Below are positions 31,083-47,753 of a DNA stretch of 64,000 nt, in pieces. A program made the position numbers and the translations under genes. Each line of letters opens with the position of its first letter. Position 1 is the first letter of the stretch. The notes beneath the pieces were generated by a model that saw only the letters and a list, made by a program, of their open reading frames with translations, was not told the DNA's origin and did not search any database. The stretch spans positions 12,958,001 to 13,022,000 of the forward strand of contig CP075494.1 of NCBI GenBank assembly GCA_021613535.1. Direction: 5' to 3'. Origin of the DNA: Adineta vaga. Its lineage: Eukaryota > Animalia > Rotifera.

Positions 31083-32627
31083 TCATAGTTCTCGTTTGCT
31101 GACTTTTGCCCAGAGACCATATTTAGGGCGCATTGTAATTTTAAATTCGGGTACAATCTTCTGTCCTGATACTAATTCAAAGTTACATCGTTGAACAAAA
31201 ATTGCTAACATAATCTTTGCTTCTAATAATGCAAAATTTTGTCCAATACAATTACGTGGACCAGCGGCAAATGGAAGATAAGCAAATGCATGTGGTAATT
31301 TCGGTTTTAGACCCGTTTTTGGATCGCGTAACCAACGAGTATAGTCAAATTCATTTGGTTTACTCCATAAGTCACTTCGACGCTGAAGAACATAGTTATT
31401 TATTAAAATAGTTGTACCTACAGGTATGCGTAGTGGATGTTCATTACCAATAACATGTTCGCGAATACAATAACGACTGACAAGTGGCGCGGGTGGATAG
31501 AGACGAAGCGTTTCATTGAGAATTGCTTCACAGACAACTAAATCAGCAAGATGTTCATTTTCAGGTTCGATACCATGAGGTAAAACTCGATCCACTTCTT
31601 CTCGACAAGCTGCTAGGACATCCGGATGAGTCATTAGAATATAGAATACCCATGACATGAGATTACCAGTTGTTTCACTTCCAGCAAGTACAAAAGTAAG
31701 TGCCTCATGTTTAATCTGTTGATCGGTGAATGTTTGTCCTTCTTCATCAACAGCTGAGAAAAGAAGATCAAGAAGATCAGAACCATTTGACAAACTCATA
31801 GAAAGTCCTTGTCGACGATCAGCAATAATTCGATCAACTAATTCTGCTATCATTCGTGCACCATGATCAACAACATTCTTTTTCCAAAAAGGGAGTTTTG
31901 ATATGAAAGGTGTTTGATTAATAAGATACAACGAACGATACATAATAGCATCGAGTACTTTGCCAAATGTTTGAGTAATAATTTCTTTGGCATTTGTAAT
32001 TGTTTCAAAACCAGATCCAAATGCACTCGACGAAATAATGGATAATGTTAATACATTGAATTGAACTTGTAAATCAATTGGTTTTCGTTCATGTGTATTC
32101 GATTTTGATGATGCAAGCATATCTGTTATGCTTCTTGAAGTCTGTTCAGTAATAATTGATACCATAGCTTTGAGATTAGTATGATAAAAAGCAGGATTGA
32201 TCATTCGACGTGCTCGTTCATGTTCTTGACCTTCAGCGACTAATAGATTTTCTTTACCTATAATTGGAATAAAAACAGTACTGAATAATGGTGGTTTAAT
32301 ATAATTGGATGCATTTGCTCGACTATAAACATCTGCAAGTAAATCAGGTTCAGTTGTGACTAGACGTATTGCTGGACCAAAGCACAATAAAAAAGTATTA
32401 CCATGCTTTTCAGTTAATTCTTTTTGATAGTCCATTACTGCATCAGCTTGTCGATAACGTCTAATTTCAGAAAGTTGACCAACAATCGGAACAAATGGTT
32501 CTCCTTTGATTCCTTGTGCACGAAATATATCGTATAAAAGTTTTTGAGGACGAATAACTTTGATATAAACAATAAGAATTGTAAGGATAATAATCGTTAC
32601 GAAAATGTAGAGTAACGTTTCTAACAT
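31083..32627 (-). CDS. Cytochrome P450, intronless
   Basis: N-terminal TM anchor, I-helix AGSETT, ExxR (ETLR), heme motif FAAGPRNCIG; TATAAAAA ~50 bp upstream (32683-32676). Confidence 0.97.
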   Translation of the reverse strand: MLETLLYIFVTIIILTILIVYIKVIRPQKLLYDIFRAQGIKGEPFVPIVGQLSEIRRYRQADAVMDYQKELTEKHGNTFLLCFGPAIRLVTTEPDLLADVYSRANASNYIKPPLFSTVFIPIIGKENLLVAEGQEHERARRMINPAFYHTNLKAMVSIITEQTSRSITDMLASSKSNTHERKPIDLQVQFNVLTLSIISSSAFGSGFETITNAKEIITQTFGKVLDAIMYRSLYLINQTPFISKLPFWKKNVVDHGARMIAELVDRIIADRRQGLSMSLSNGSDLLDLLFSAVDEEGQTFTDQQIKHEALTFVLAGSETTGNLMSWVFYILMTHPDVLAACREEVDRVLPHGIEPENEHLADLVVCEAILNETLRLYPPAPLVSRYCIREHVIGNEHPLRIPVGTTILINNYVLQRRSDLWSKPNEFDYTRWLRDPKTGLKPKLPHAFAYLPFAAGPRNCIGQNFALLEAKIMLAIFVQRCNFELVSGQKIVPEFKITMRPKYGLWAKVSKREL

Positions 32628-33178
32628 TATTTCTTTTTGTTGACGAGTAAAATAACTTGTATAATTTGTCGATTATTTTTATACTGTCAAGTACTTGTTT
32701 TTTTCAACAACGTGATGATATTTCTGTGGAGAATAGAAAGAAAATAATATAAAGATATATGACTAATGTTATCATGCGTACTTTCTGCACATGAACTTAG
32801 TAACAAAAAGATGACTTGAAATCGTGTATTCATTAACAATTCAGAAAATGATTTAAAAAAAGGACATTTTATCCATTGTATTATTAATCATGGGATACAT
32901 TAAAAAGTGTCTAAATAATCGTAGATAATCATGCATATTTATATATTAATCTGTAATGAAACAACATTTCACATAAGAAAGGAATAAACTATTCACGGTT
33001 ATATATATATAGATATATATATATTCATATTTCTGCTGGATTAAAAGGGAAAAAATTGAAATTCACTGCGATTTAAGCGAGTATAAGGTATGTAAGAAAA
33101 GCAATCCGATATGAAATGAGTTACACTGTGTTTTTTAGTGTTTTCAGTGTCATAAGCAAAACAGATCCGTTCGAATGA

Positions 33179-33770
33179 TTAAGTATTGGTAATCGATTGA
33201 ATTAATCCATTGATATTATCCGTTTGTTTTTGTTGAGAAGGGTAAGGACTATATGCTTTCAACATTTGACTTAATTGATAGAAATAGGCTATCATCTAAA
33301 TAAAGTGAACAATTTATATTTATATTTGAAATATATTATCAATTAAATCGTACCACAATGGAAGAGATAATCGCAAATACAATCGATAAAATATTCCAAA
33401 ATAGAGCACGACGTGAATAAAGACGAGCTTTATCATGAAAATTGACATCAGCCTTTGCTGAACTTTTTATTGAATAAGCCAATGCAATCAAACCTATAAT
33501 AGGAAAAAATTCATTTGAATACAATTAAAAACTAGTCTTCAAGACCTGTTGCTGGACATAAGCAAAGCGCTGAAAAAAGTGAAAAGACAAAATGATGACG
33601 AATTCGTGCTGGATTTCGTTGTATATGAATCGATGATGATCCATTAAGAAGAATTGCCGATGGTGATGGTACTATTCGAAATAAAAGAGAGAAATATTGA
33701 GCTTTATGTTCTTGTATGATTAAATTTATATACTTTCGTTTGGCCATTTTTTTTCCGAAGAGAAATCCAT
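33179..33770 (-). CDS. CD225/dispanin (IFITM/PRRT-like) membrane protein, 4 exons
   Basis: MDFSSEKKWPNEIPSP...HFVFSLFSALCLCPATGLIALAYSIKS...DKARLYSRRALFWNILSIVFAII: the CD225 pattern (S.F..LC.C...G..A..YS...A...SRRA..WN). Confidence 0.8.
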
Positions 33771-34182
33771 ATTAATCTTGTTGTTTTTCTTTCGAATGCT
33801 AAAGAAAAGAATTTTATCCGTCAAATGAATGAAGAGAATAGAATATGTATATAAGTTTGATCACGAGTCGATGAAAAGAAAACGACAAAAACAACCAATT
33901 CTGCAGACATCTATCAAAAAGAAAGTACTAGTTTGGAAGATTTGATTGGTTGATATATTAGACCTTGATTTAGGAGAGATTTTTTTTTATCAGTAAACAA
34001 GTATTGTTTTCCTAATAATCTGAGATACAAAACAAATGTTTTCGAACATAATTAATTATGACATATGTAAATCAATAGACCAATGTATTCAAATATATTT
34101 CTGAATTTTCCAATCAATAAATATTATTTTATTATGAAAATACGAAAAGAAAAGAGGTTTTATTTTTATTTTTATTTTTAGA

Positions 34183-34881
34183 ATGTCTCTACTTTTTCAA
34201 TCGATAATCCGTCGATGTCCATCGACATTAATTTCCAGAGTACCATGCCGCCTTTGGTCATCAAATGGTCAATTTCCATCTCATCCAATGGGCACTGAAG
34301 AATATGAAAATCAACCTCGAAAATCTCTTACTGATCTACCTGATGAATTAACTGAACGTGGTGCTAAACCAGAATTCATATCTGGATACGAATCAACGAA
34401 AGAAGGTTGGGATTGGGTTGATAATGTTCTTTTCAAATCTGCAATACCCTCACCACCTAATCATCCAACACCATCCGGTTGGGTACCACCTAATCCTACT
34501 CTTGCTCGTCAGTGGTCTTATTTCGTTGATCGAGATCGTTTTCATTCCTATGCACTCTATGTACGTATATTACCTGTAATGTTAGAATATTGGTTACATG
34601 AACAACATCGATATTATTTAAATATTTTCCGTCGTCGTGTCGAATATGATATTTATGCTCAACGAACAAGACGTTTTAGTTTACTTGAATTAATCTCAGG
34701 TGATATTTGGGCATTGGATCATGATTTGAAAGCTTATTTAACAAAACGTGTACACTTGACTGATGATAAAACCAAAGAATTACCTATTCTATCACAAGTT
34801 GATGAAATAAAACGACATATACTTGTTGAAGGCGAATATGAAGAATGGATAGCTGATTTTTTAAAAGAAAAAGGATTTTGA
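34183..34881 (+). CDS. MRPL49: Mitochondrial ribosomal protein mL49, single exon
   Basis: Mitochondrial-type leader, PTPSGWVPP, YFVDRDRFH, GDIWAL..DL, QVDE...VEG.Y......FLKEKGF. Confidence 0.88.
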   Translation: MSLLFQSIIRRCPSTLISRVPCRLWSSNGQFPSHPMGTEEYENQPRKSLTDLPDELTERGAKPEFISGYESTKEGWDWVDNVLFKSAIPSPPNHPTPSGWVPPNPTLARQWSYFVDRDRFHSYALYVRILPVMLEYWLHEQHRYYLNIFRRRVEYDIYAQRTRRFSLLELISGDIWALDHDLKAYLTKRVHLTDDKTKELPILSQVDEIKRHILVEGEYEEWIADFLKEKGF

Positions 34882-34948
34882 TAGATTAATAAATGTAACA
34901 AACGTGAAAAATTAGAATTTGTTTTTGTTCTTGTTTTCTAGATTCATA

Positions 34949-36437
34949 ATGTTTCTCTCAAAATCACATCCAGTTAAAGTTTTCAGTTCAATTTCAAGCA
35001 ATGTTGGTAAAACGATTGTTCGAACATTATTCAATCCATTTGGATCGAAATCAATCGAAACAGCAAAAGATGCACATTCAAATTTATTAACAAATACGGA
35101 AAATGTCTTTGAACTTCAACATCATATTGTGAAACCGAAGGCAATGGTAATTTTAAACTTCCAAATAAAAAATATGAGAAAAAGAAACAGATAAACTATA
35201 GCAGAAGAGTTTTAAAAAAGAATGCTATCTCTGAAATGTAACATATTTGAAAAATTCAAACGTAAAATGGTTGATTTAGTTATAGTCTTTTATGTACCTA
35301 TCTAAACAAACAAACTAAAGTCTTTTTGACATTTCTATTCATCGATTGAGAGAGAAAACAGAATTCTTTTTTTCGTTCCTCAGATTTAATCATGCAAAAA
35401 AAAACAATACACTTGAAGTTATATACATGAAAACATTGAGCATAGTAGATGTATTTTATCGAAAAAAAAACATATTTGTTGATTGTTTTTCTATTGACAC
35501 GTTTTTTCGATAATGGAATATGATATACGTTCGAATCGTTTGCTTTACGATGTTACCTATTTTTTTTGTATCGACCCTTGTTTTTAAAAGATAAATATTA
35601 CACCTTTAAAGTGCGTACGTGGGAAGGACGAAGTATATCGTGGTGTCTATTAATATAAACGTCGAAACTTACGTCTATTTCATTTTTAGAATGATTATGA
35701 ATCTGTTTACTGTGATTATTCATCACAATTAATTGAAAAACATTCTGCAAATGGTCTTGTTCATACTGGTTCATGGAAAGTACATATTGGAAATATACAA
35801 AATCAATATGTACATATATGGATGTATAAGAACTTTCCTCATCTGGATGATTTTCTTGGTTGTGCTAAAAGTAATACGATGAATGATAAATTAAATGATC
35901 ATATTATTCAACGATCCAATCAAGTTTGTCTTTCATTTTCCTATTTTGGTTCGTATAAAACAGAAAAGAGAGAGAGAATATTTCATTTTTCATCATGGTC
36001 TTTGTTCTCTTAGGTATTCCTCAACCACGCTCAAAATCTGAAGATCAATCAAATCCAAGTATCTATGAAATGCGTTCATACTGGCTTAAACCAGGTACAT
36101 TGATTGAATGGGGCAATTTATGGCATAAAGGTGTACAATATCGTCCCGATGCTAAAGTTCTCGGTGTTTTCTCGCAAATCGGTGAACTTTATAATGTTCA
36201 TCATATGTGGTCATACAAAAATTTTCAACAACGTAAAAAGATGCGTACAAATGCCTGGGCTAAACCTGGTTGGTCAGAAAAGTAATAAAATGCAAATGTT
36301 TAATTTACGATAGGATGAAAGAAAAAAACACACTTATGTTTTTTTTTATATGTTTCAGTGTGGAATATACGGTACCATTAATTCGTAAGATGGAATCAAA
36401 GATTCTGGTACCATTAAAAAATTCACCAATGCAATGA
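34949..36437 (+). CDS. NIPSNAP: Protein NipSnap (4 exons)
   Basis: KDAHSNLL, GSWKVHIG..NQYVHIWMY, IYEMRSYWLKPGTLIEWGNLW, SQIGELYNVHHMWSY, AWAKPGW...VEYTVPLIRKMESKILVPLKNSPMQ. Confidence 0.95.
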
Positions 36438-36693
36438 AACACACGACAAACTTGCTTCAAGCAAAAATCTAGATTAGATTAAAATAATAAACAGTGATCA
36501 TTCATTTTGCCTGGAAAGTTCTTTTTCAAACACATACATATACTCATTCAGTTTGTTTTCTTTTTCTTTTTATTACTATAAACAATCATTGCATACTTTT
36601 GATTAAAATGTATACGAATTGGATGGGGATTTTATGTTCTTTTCATCTTATTTTTCTTCTCTTTTAGATTGTATAATTTTGTGATTAATTCAG

Positions 36694-40907
<4,214 letters not shown>

Positions 40908-42419
40908 ACCAACGATACTCTTCAACAATCTTCTTCTTATTCTTATTGTAGTACCCGTGAATATTTTTTTTTCAAAATGCATGTTTAAATTCTTTTCAAA
41001 ATATATCTTATTCTTTTTTTCTTTCTCTCCTTTTAAACGAAAACAACCAAATCAATCTGTCTTTCTTCATCAACCGTTTTCATTTCTAGTCTAGTTTGTT
41101 ATACATTCGCACGCATCTTCTCATTTTCTCGAATATGCTTTGTCATATTTTCTATGTGATTGATTTTCTTATTTGAAAAAAAAGCAATCGAATACAAATG
41201 ACCCATCCATGTATCGATTTATGATTTAATTATATATATTTGCTGTGGAGATGATCATTTATTGTTGTAGTTGACCAGTCACCGAATAGTAGGAGTGATT
41301 TGTGACACAACCATTTAGAATTTTTGCTCTTTCTCTTTTTTTTTATGCTTATTATACGGTAGATGATAGAAAACGCTAGACTTCTCCACATATACATTAA
41401 CTGATTTCATGCGATTGTTGATATTATTGAACATATAGTATAATTTAATGATGGAGAAGATGAAAAGAAATGCTTTTTCTTTCGAAGATAAATAAAACAT
41501 GAAATATTATTCGTCTAGAATCTGTATAGATGTACGTACGTTTGACCTGACGAATTATTTCTCACTTCATTCATCTTAATGAGTAATAAATCTATTTATT
41601 CTATAATGAACTCAATAGAATAAGATTTATATTAGTTGTCCTTCGAGAGAAAGAGAGAGAGAGAGAAAAAAAAGATTAAATATTAATTACCATATCCAGT
41701 ATCGACATAGTAGATTTATTATTATGAGAAAGAGAGAGTTTCTTCGATAGTCTAAATGATTATTTTTACATCATATCCATTCATTTCACTTGATTGGATA
41801 AGTAAACGAGCTTCTCTATTTGTACAAATAGTCATCGTATGTCTAGCTGAGTATATATACAACCATATCTCCCCTATGCCCTCTTCGTCTTACTAAGAAA
41901 ATTTCTTCGTTTTTTTTTCTCTCTCTCCTTCTCTCGTTTTGGGTACAGCTGTTTCAAGTATACATGTGCTCAACGTCTGGTCAAAGAACATGATAGAAAG
42001 AGAATAACGGAGCTTTTTTTACCATTATTACAGACATTCAATTACTAACCTCATACTTTTCTCCCTTTTTCTTCTTCGTATATGCCCTCTAATCGCACAT
42101 TATGCCATTATTCATTGGTCTTTTTCTTATTTCTTTCCTTTTTTTTTGTTGCCTTTTTTTATTTATAGATGATTGATAGGTGTTGTTGTTCTATTTGGCC
42201 ACTAACACATCTTACTCATTCTTCTCCGCCTTCTTCACCTATTACTTCATTTCGACTATCGTCCATATTATACACCTGATCATCAACATAGATAATCTTT
42301 TTCTTTCTTTGGTTTCTTTTACTACTCGCTTATTCTCTCTCTCTCTCCCCCTTTCTTTTTCTACCTCGCTTTTCCTTTGCTTCTTTCAATCGATTAATCA
42401 ACAATAAATAAAATAGACG

Positions 42420-43972
42420 ATGACAACTACTAACAACGGTAGTGATATACAAAATTTAAAAGACAAAAAAGTAACATCGTCAAAAGCAAATACTTACACC
42501 AAATCTAACGATATGAACTCGACATCATCAGTTCCATCTGTTAGTCCAGCTGAAGAAGCAACAACAACAACAACTACTACTACTACTAATGAAACAAAAT
42601 CACCTGAACCATCATTAGAACAAGAATTTTTCTTTGGTTTAACTATTGATGATGCAGTAAATTCAACAGAAAATCTTATGGAATTATTCTACAATGCATG
42701 CAAATATAATCATTTAGAACTTGTCAAAAGATGTATCGATGAAAAGCATATTGATGTTAATGAATTAGTTAATAATGACTATCCATTATGTATTGCTTGG
42801 TACGTTATTTTCTGTTAAATTCATATTTGATTTTTGTTCTTCTTTCATTTCTAGTCACAAAGGTCATATTGATATCGTTCGTTATTTACTTACGCATGGA
42901 GCTGATATTCGTATTAAACGTGAGATGAATGTATCAACAGCACGTGGCAATCAACGTTTATCACGTGCTAATGTTAGTCATGGTGATAGTCCATTGACTC
43001 TTGCAGTTAAATATGGTTTCGAAGATATTGCTATTGAACTTGTAGAACATGGCAGTGATATATTAAATGAAAATAATGATTTTGAAAAATCTCCTTTACA
43101 AGATGCAATTCGTCTCAATCGTCATCGTATATTAAATGTATTTATAAATAAATTAAAGCAAATGCCAGCAACATCAGGTTATGATGAATCATTATTATTA
43201 CAAAAGAAAGGTGATATACTTCGACAATGTTTGATCAATGATCAAATTGATGCATTACGTATTTTTGTACCAAATGTTTGGGAAGAACTTAACAGTGATT
43301 TTATGTTAACTGTTTTAAATAATCTCATGTTAAAGAATAAAATACAATCAGATAAAGCCTTTGATGTTTTAGAAACAATTCTTGATGCAATTCCAACACC
43401 AAAATTAAAAATGTATGATATTGGTGATCTATTAAAACGTTTTCTACATGTTTTACAAGCACAATTTCTAACAATCAATGATGATCGTATTCAAATTCTT
43501 TATCTACGTACATCACTTCTTTTTACTATATTGAAATATCATGAAACAGTTGATTTTACTAAATATTTGGATTTATTAGATATTTATTTTCGTGCAATTT
43601 ATAATAGTGTTGAAAGTACAGGTAAGAATTTCATCTTAGATAAACAATTGATAAATGAAAATAATCTTTCTTCTAGGTGAAGGAATCAATCAAATCTATG
43701 AATATATCGTTCGTTTCTATGAAAATTTGGTTTTAATGGGACATTTGATTCTTACGAATAATAATGTTATTTTACGTTTACTCGAATGTGAACATGTTCA
43801 ACGAATGCAACCGATTGACATGTATCTTTCATGGCGTGCACGTAATCCATTTTTACTTAAAGAACAATGTCGTCTTATGATTAAAACTATTCTCCCAACA
43901 TATAAACGTGCTACATTAGAAAAATTTAATTTAAATGAAGATACTTTTTTATATTTATATTATCAACGATAA
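42420..43972 (+). CDS. Ankyrin-repeat and SOCS-box protein (ASB-like, 3 exons)
   Basis: Ankyrin repeats (YPLCIAC-HKGHIDIVRYLLTHGAD, SPLTLAVKYG, SPLQDAI); C-terminal SOCS box NPFLLKEQCRLMIK...LEKFNL....LYL. Confidence 0.85.
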
Positions 43973-44272
43973 TCATTTCGATTCTTTTTTGCAATATAAT
44001 CTATTCAGTGTTTCTTGGTTGTGATATGATCAAATCATGTTCTCTCGCTCTCTCTCGCTCTCTCTCTCTCTTTGTATTAATTCAAAAAAACAAAAGAAGT
44101 GAAATACTGAATATAAAGATATCTGCATTTTTCTTGACAACAGTGTGTGTGCATGTTCTTTTCATTTTTTTTCTTTTCTTATCTAAAAATTTCTAATTGT
44201 CGTTCAATAAAATAGAACTATTTGAAGTTACTTGATTAAAAACAAAATTACTCTCTTATAGATTTATGTGCT

Positions 44273-45271
44273 ATGGCATCGAAATTTATTCATGAAAAAC
44301 TTCAATCATTCAGATCATGGATGACATCATCATTGTTGACTTCAAACGATAATCAAATTTCGGGAATATGTTGGTTATTAGATCTTCCACCTGAAATTAT
44401 TCAAATGTTTACAGATTATTTGAATGTAAATGATCTGATTTCATTTAGTCGAACTTGTCGAACATTTTATACATTGATTAACAATGATAATTTTTGGATG
44501 CATCGTATACATCGACAATTGCCTCATTCAATTGCTCAATTGTATACAATTGATGTATATCAACCACCGGAAATGATTCAAACTATCGATGAACCTCGAC
44601 ATGCCGATTTTCTTCATGTAAGAACCGACAGTGATTTTGATAAACTTGCAAACAGTTCGGCAACACATTATAATGATGAAGTAATCGAACGACGTCACGA
44701 CAAGATGTATGTTTCCAATGAAGATTTCTTAAAACATGTAAACTATTTTCAATTCAAAACACCTTCACATCATTCAACAATTCCATTTATGAAATTAGTT
44801 TATTTCTATTTAATCGATCGAAAACGTCGCGCAGCTGCTAGTATGGATGTTATTCATCTTGATGGAAATTATCTTGCTGATAGAACTGATCAAGATAGTT
44901 TAACGGGTCATATCATTCAATTAAGAAGTGTTTGTTGGCTTGAGTTAACTGGTCGTTTTCAACAACGAATCATGCCTGGAAAATATGAAGTTAGTTGGCG
45001 TATGAAAGGTCGTACGGGATATGTCACTTTGTATGGCGAAACGGAATTTCTTGTGGTTCCTTCGCATGGAAAATTATTAATTAAAAAAATAGAAGATAAT
45101 GATTTTCGAAATTACGTACTTCAACAAGGTGATCGTTGGTTTACGATGAATATGGGTGAGATTATTATTTATAAACCCTCCATAGTTTGGATGGCTATAC
45201 GCAATTGGAATAATGGAAATTGGAAATCTGGTCTCTCGTGGGATTGTATAGAATTGAGAATGATACCGTAA
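44273..45271 (+). CDS. F-box protein with C-terminal phloem-protein-2 (PP2/Nictaba-like lectin) domain, intronless
   Basis: F-box LLDLPPEIIQMFTDYL...DLISFSRTCRTF..LI....FW; PP2 motifs LRSVCWLELTGRF....PGKYEVSWRMK, W...MGE, GNWKSGL..DCIEL. Confidence 0.85.
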   Translation: MASKFIHEKLQSFRSWMTSSLLTSNDNQISGICWLLDLPPEIIQMFTDYLNVNDLISFSRTCRTFYTLINNDNFWMHRIHRQLPHSIAQLYTIDVYQPPEMIQTIDEPRHADFLHVRTDSDFDKLANSSATHYNDEVIERRHDKMYVSNEDFLKHVNYFQFKTPSHHSTIPFMKLVYFYLIDRKRRAAASMDVIHLDGNYLADRTDQDSLTGHIIQLRSVCWLELTGRFQQRIMPGKYEVSWRMKGRTGYVTLYGETEFLVVPSHGKLLIKKIEDNDFRNYVLQQGDRWFTMNMGEIIIYKPSIVWMAIRNWNNGNWKSGLSWDCIELRMIP

Positions 45272-45521
45272 TATTTTGTACAATTTCTTCTTTTATTTTG
45301 TTTTCGTCACGAGCAAATAAATGCATTCAATGTACAATAAACTATATATATACTTCATTGATATAAAAGTAAATGAAAACGATAGATGGCATTGGTTCAT
45401 ATAGATAAAGGATTAATTTGATATCATATTTCTATGTGAAATCGAATATTCCATATTATAAAACACTTGAAGAAATGTAACTAAAGTAAATTCTAGGAAT
45501 ATTTTTTTGAGAAATACTTTT

Positions 45522-45535
45522 GTTTCTATGGAAAC
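45522..45535. promoter_or_regulatory. RFX X-box upstream of INPP5E
   Basis: GTTTCTATGGAAAC fits the GTHNYYATRRNAAC consensus, ~155 bp before the ATG of a ciliary gene. Confidence 0.75.
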
Positions 45536-45690
45536 ATTGAAACCTATGAACAACTATCAGATGTATAAATCAATCTATCACATCATACCATATTTCTAAA
45601 AACAAATCAATTGTTACAGGTTTAACAATGAAAAATCACATAAAAGCGTCATTGTATGCTTAATTAATCAAGCAGAACATATTAAAAATA

Positions 45691-47753
45691 ATGACAGACG
45701 ATGCGGAAGAATATCGATCAACTGAACGTCGACCTTCCAGTGTTCCACTACCTTCATCGACTATTGAAGAAGAACCTAATTCAACAATCAGTGCATTTAT
45801 CAATGCAATTCCATTGATTGATGCATCGACTACAACTGCTAGTGCCACTTCAGCAACTGATACTCCTCCAACAAGTACTCGTCGTCGAAGTAGTTTATCA
45901 ATTCTTCACACACTTGTTACTTCCAGTCTTTTACTTCCAACACGTGATGCTCGAAAACGGTAAAAAAAGTCAATATTTGCATTGATTTTGTGATAAAAAG
46001 AAAAAGGACACGCGAATATCTGTTTTCTTTAATAGAAATTTTCTTGTGGGATCCGGTCGACAAATGTCAGACAATGCCGCGAATGATTTGTCTCCATGTT
46101 TTCCAAATGGAAGACTATTAACAATCATGATGGCAACTTGGAATACAGGTGAAGCAAAAAATTTATATGAACAAAATTATACTCCAACAGCTAAACAATC
46201 TGCTCAACCAAAAGAACGTATGCTTGAAGATTTATCGGATATATTATTGCCAACATTTGTTGATTATGTTTCTGATTTAATTGTTATTTGTACACAAGAA
46301 GTATCCGTGGCAAAGAAACCGTAGATATGAAATTAAAAACGAATTCATTGAAAGATTTGTTTGTATTTTATAGAATCGATTGGGAAGTTTTACTTCAAGA
46401 AGTTATTGGTCCAACTCATGTACTCTTTCATTCAGTTCATTTCGGTACTTTATCTTTATGTATATTTTTACGAAGAGATTTAATCTGGTATTGTTCGGGT
46501 ATATAAAAAGAAATGATCAAGTGATTTTGAACACTTGTATTTAATTTGTTTAGAACCTGAACAAGATATTATCAAATTTCGAGCAGTAGGACCGGTACGA
46601 ACAAAAGCTTCGTTAGTTGTGACATTCAATCTGTTTGGTACATCATTTATGATCATTAATTCTCATTTTGAAGGTACAATTGAAGGAGATTATTTTTTCT
46701 AAATTGATTGTATATGATTGATTGTAGCTGGTGAAAGTGCTGAAGGTCGATCAAATCGAAAATTAAATTTTCAAAATACAATAACGAAATTAAGTATTCC
46801 ACATGAATATGTTCGACGAAATGTCACGGGAAATAAACATTTGTCAGGTGTCGGTCGAGTAGAAAGTTTGAAACGTAATGAATCAAGTTCATCATTAGAT
46901 TCTGGTCTACCATCAGGTGCAGGTAGTTATTCTTCTTCGACGACTGATATTAGTTTTCTTCAGTTACTCAAAGGAATCTCTGTTTGATTAGATATAACTA
47001 AAGCTTGTGATTGTGTATTCTGGGCGGGTGATATGAATTTTCGTATTGACATGCCACATCAAGAAGTTGTTAATCATTGTAAACAAGAGAAATATTCTGA
47101 ACTACTGCACAAAGATGAATTTCGTGTTAATAAAGAAAAAGGTCATAAAATTTCTCATTAAAAATGCAACAATAAGTTAATTTAGTGTCATTTTAGGTAG
47201 TATATATAGTGATTTTAAAGAAGAAAACATTGACTTTCCTCCCACATACAAATTCGATCTACGTGCTGAAAATGATACTTATGCAAAACATCGAACACCA
47301 TCCTATACAGTATGAACTATTTCTTTCGAAAAATTCTGATTGATTAAATCTTTTTCTTAGGATCGTATTCTATATCGTGATAAAGTAGGATCACCTATTG
47401 AATGTACACAATACCGTTCTGTTGAAACAGTCAAACATTCCGATCATAAACCTGTTGTTGCTCATTTTCGTGTGAAATTAAAACCTGGTTTACATACGTA
47501 AGATTCTATTGCGTGAAATCGAATGATTCCTAAACAAAGTTTATTCTAGGGAAAATCTTGCTTACGGAAAATTCAATCGTGAAGTTTATCAACGTGGTAT
47601 GTCGAATGTAATTTATAGTTTCGGAGAAAATATTGTTTTCGATTCATAGGTTGTGAACAACGTGAACGACATCATACATACGGTGTTGGCGTTCGAAATA
47701 ATATCAAACGTCGAGGTGGAACAACTCGAAGTTCTGTTTGTGTTATTCAATGA
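45691..47753 (+). CDS. INPP5E: Inositol polyphosphate 5-phosphatase E (ciliary, CaaX-terminated; multi-exon)
   Basis: [74 protein letters not shown]-terminal SSVCVIQ*. Confidence 0.93.

Noticed and set aside
35591-35610. 20-nt cassette exon candidate in the long NipSnap intron 1
   Set aside because: Weak acceptor and frame-shifting; not distinguishable from chance without reads.
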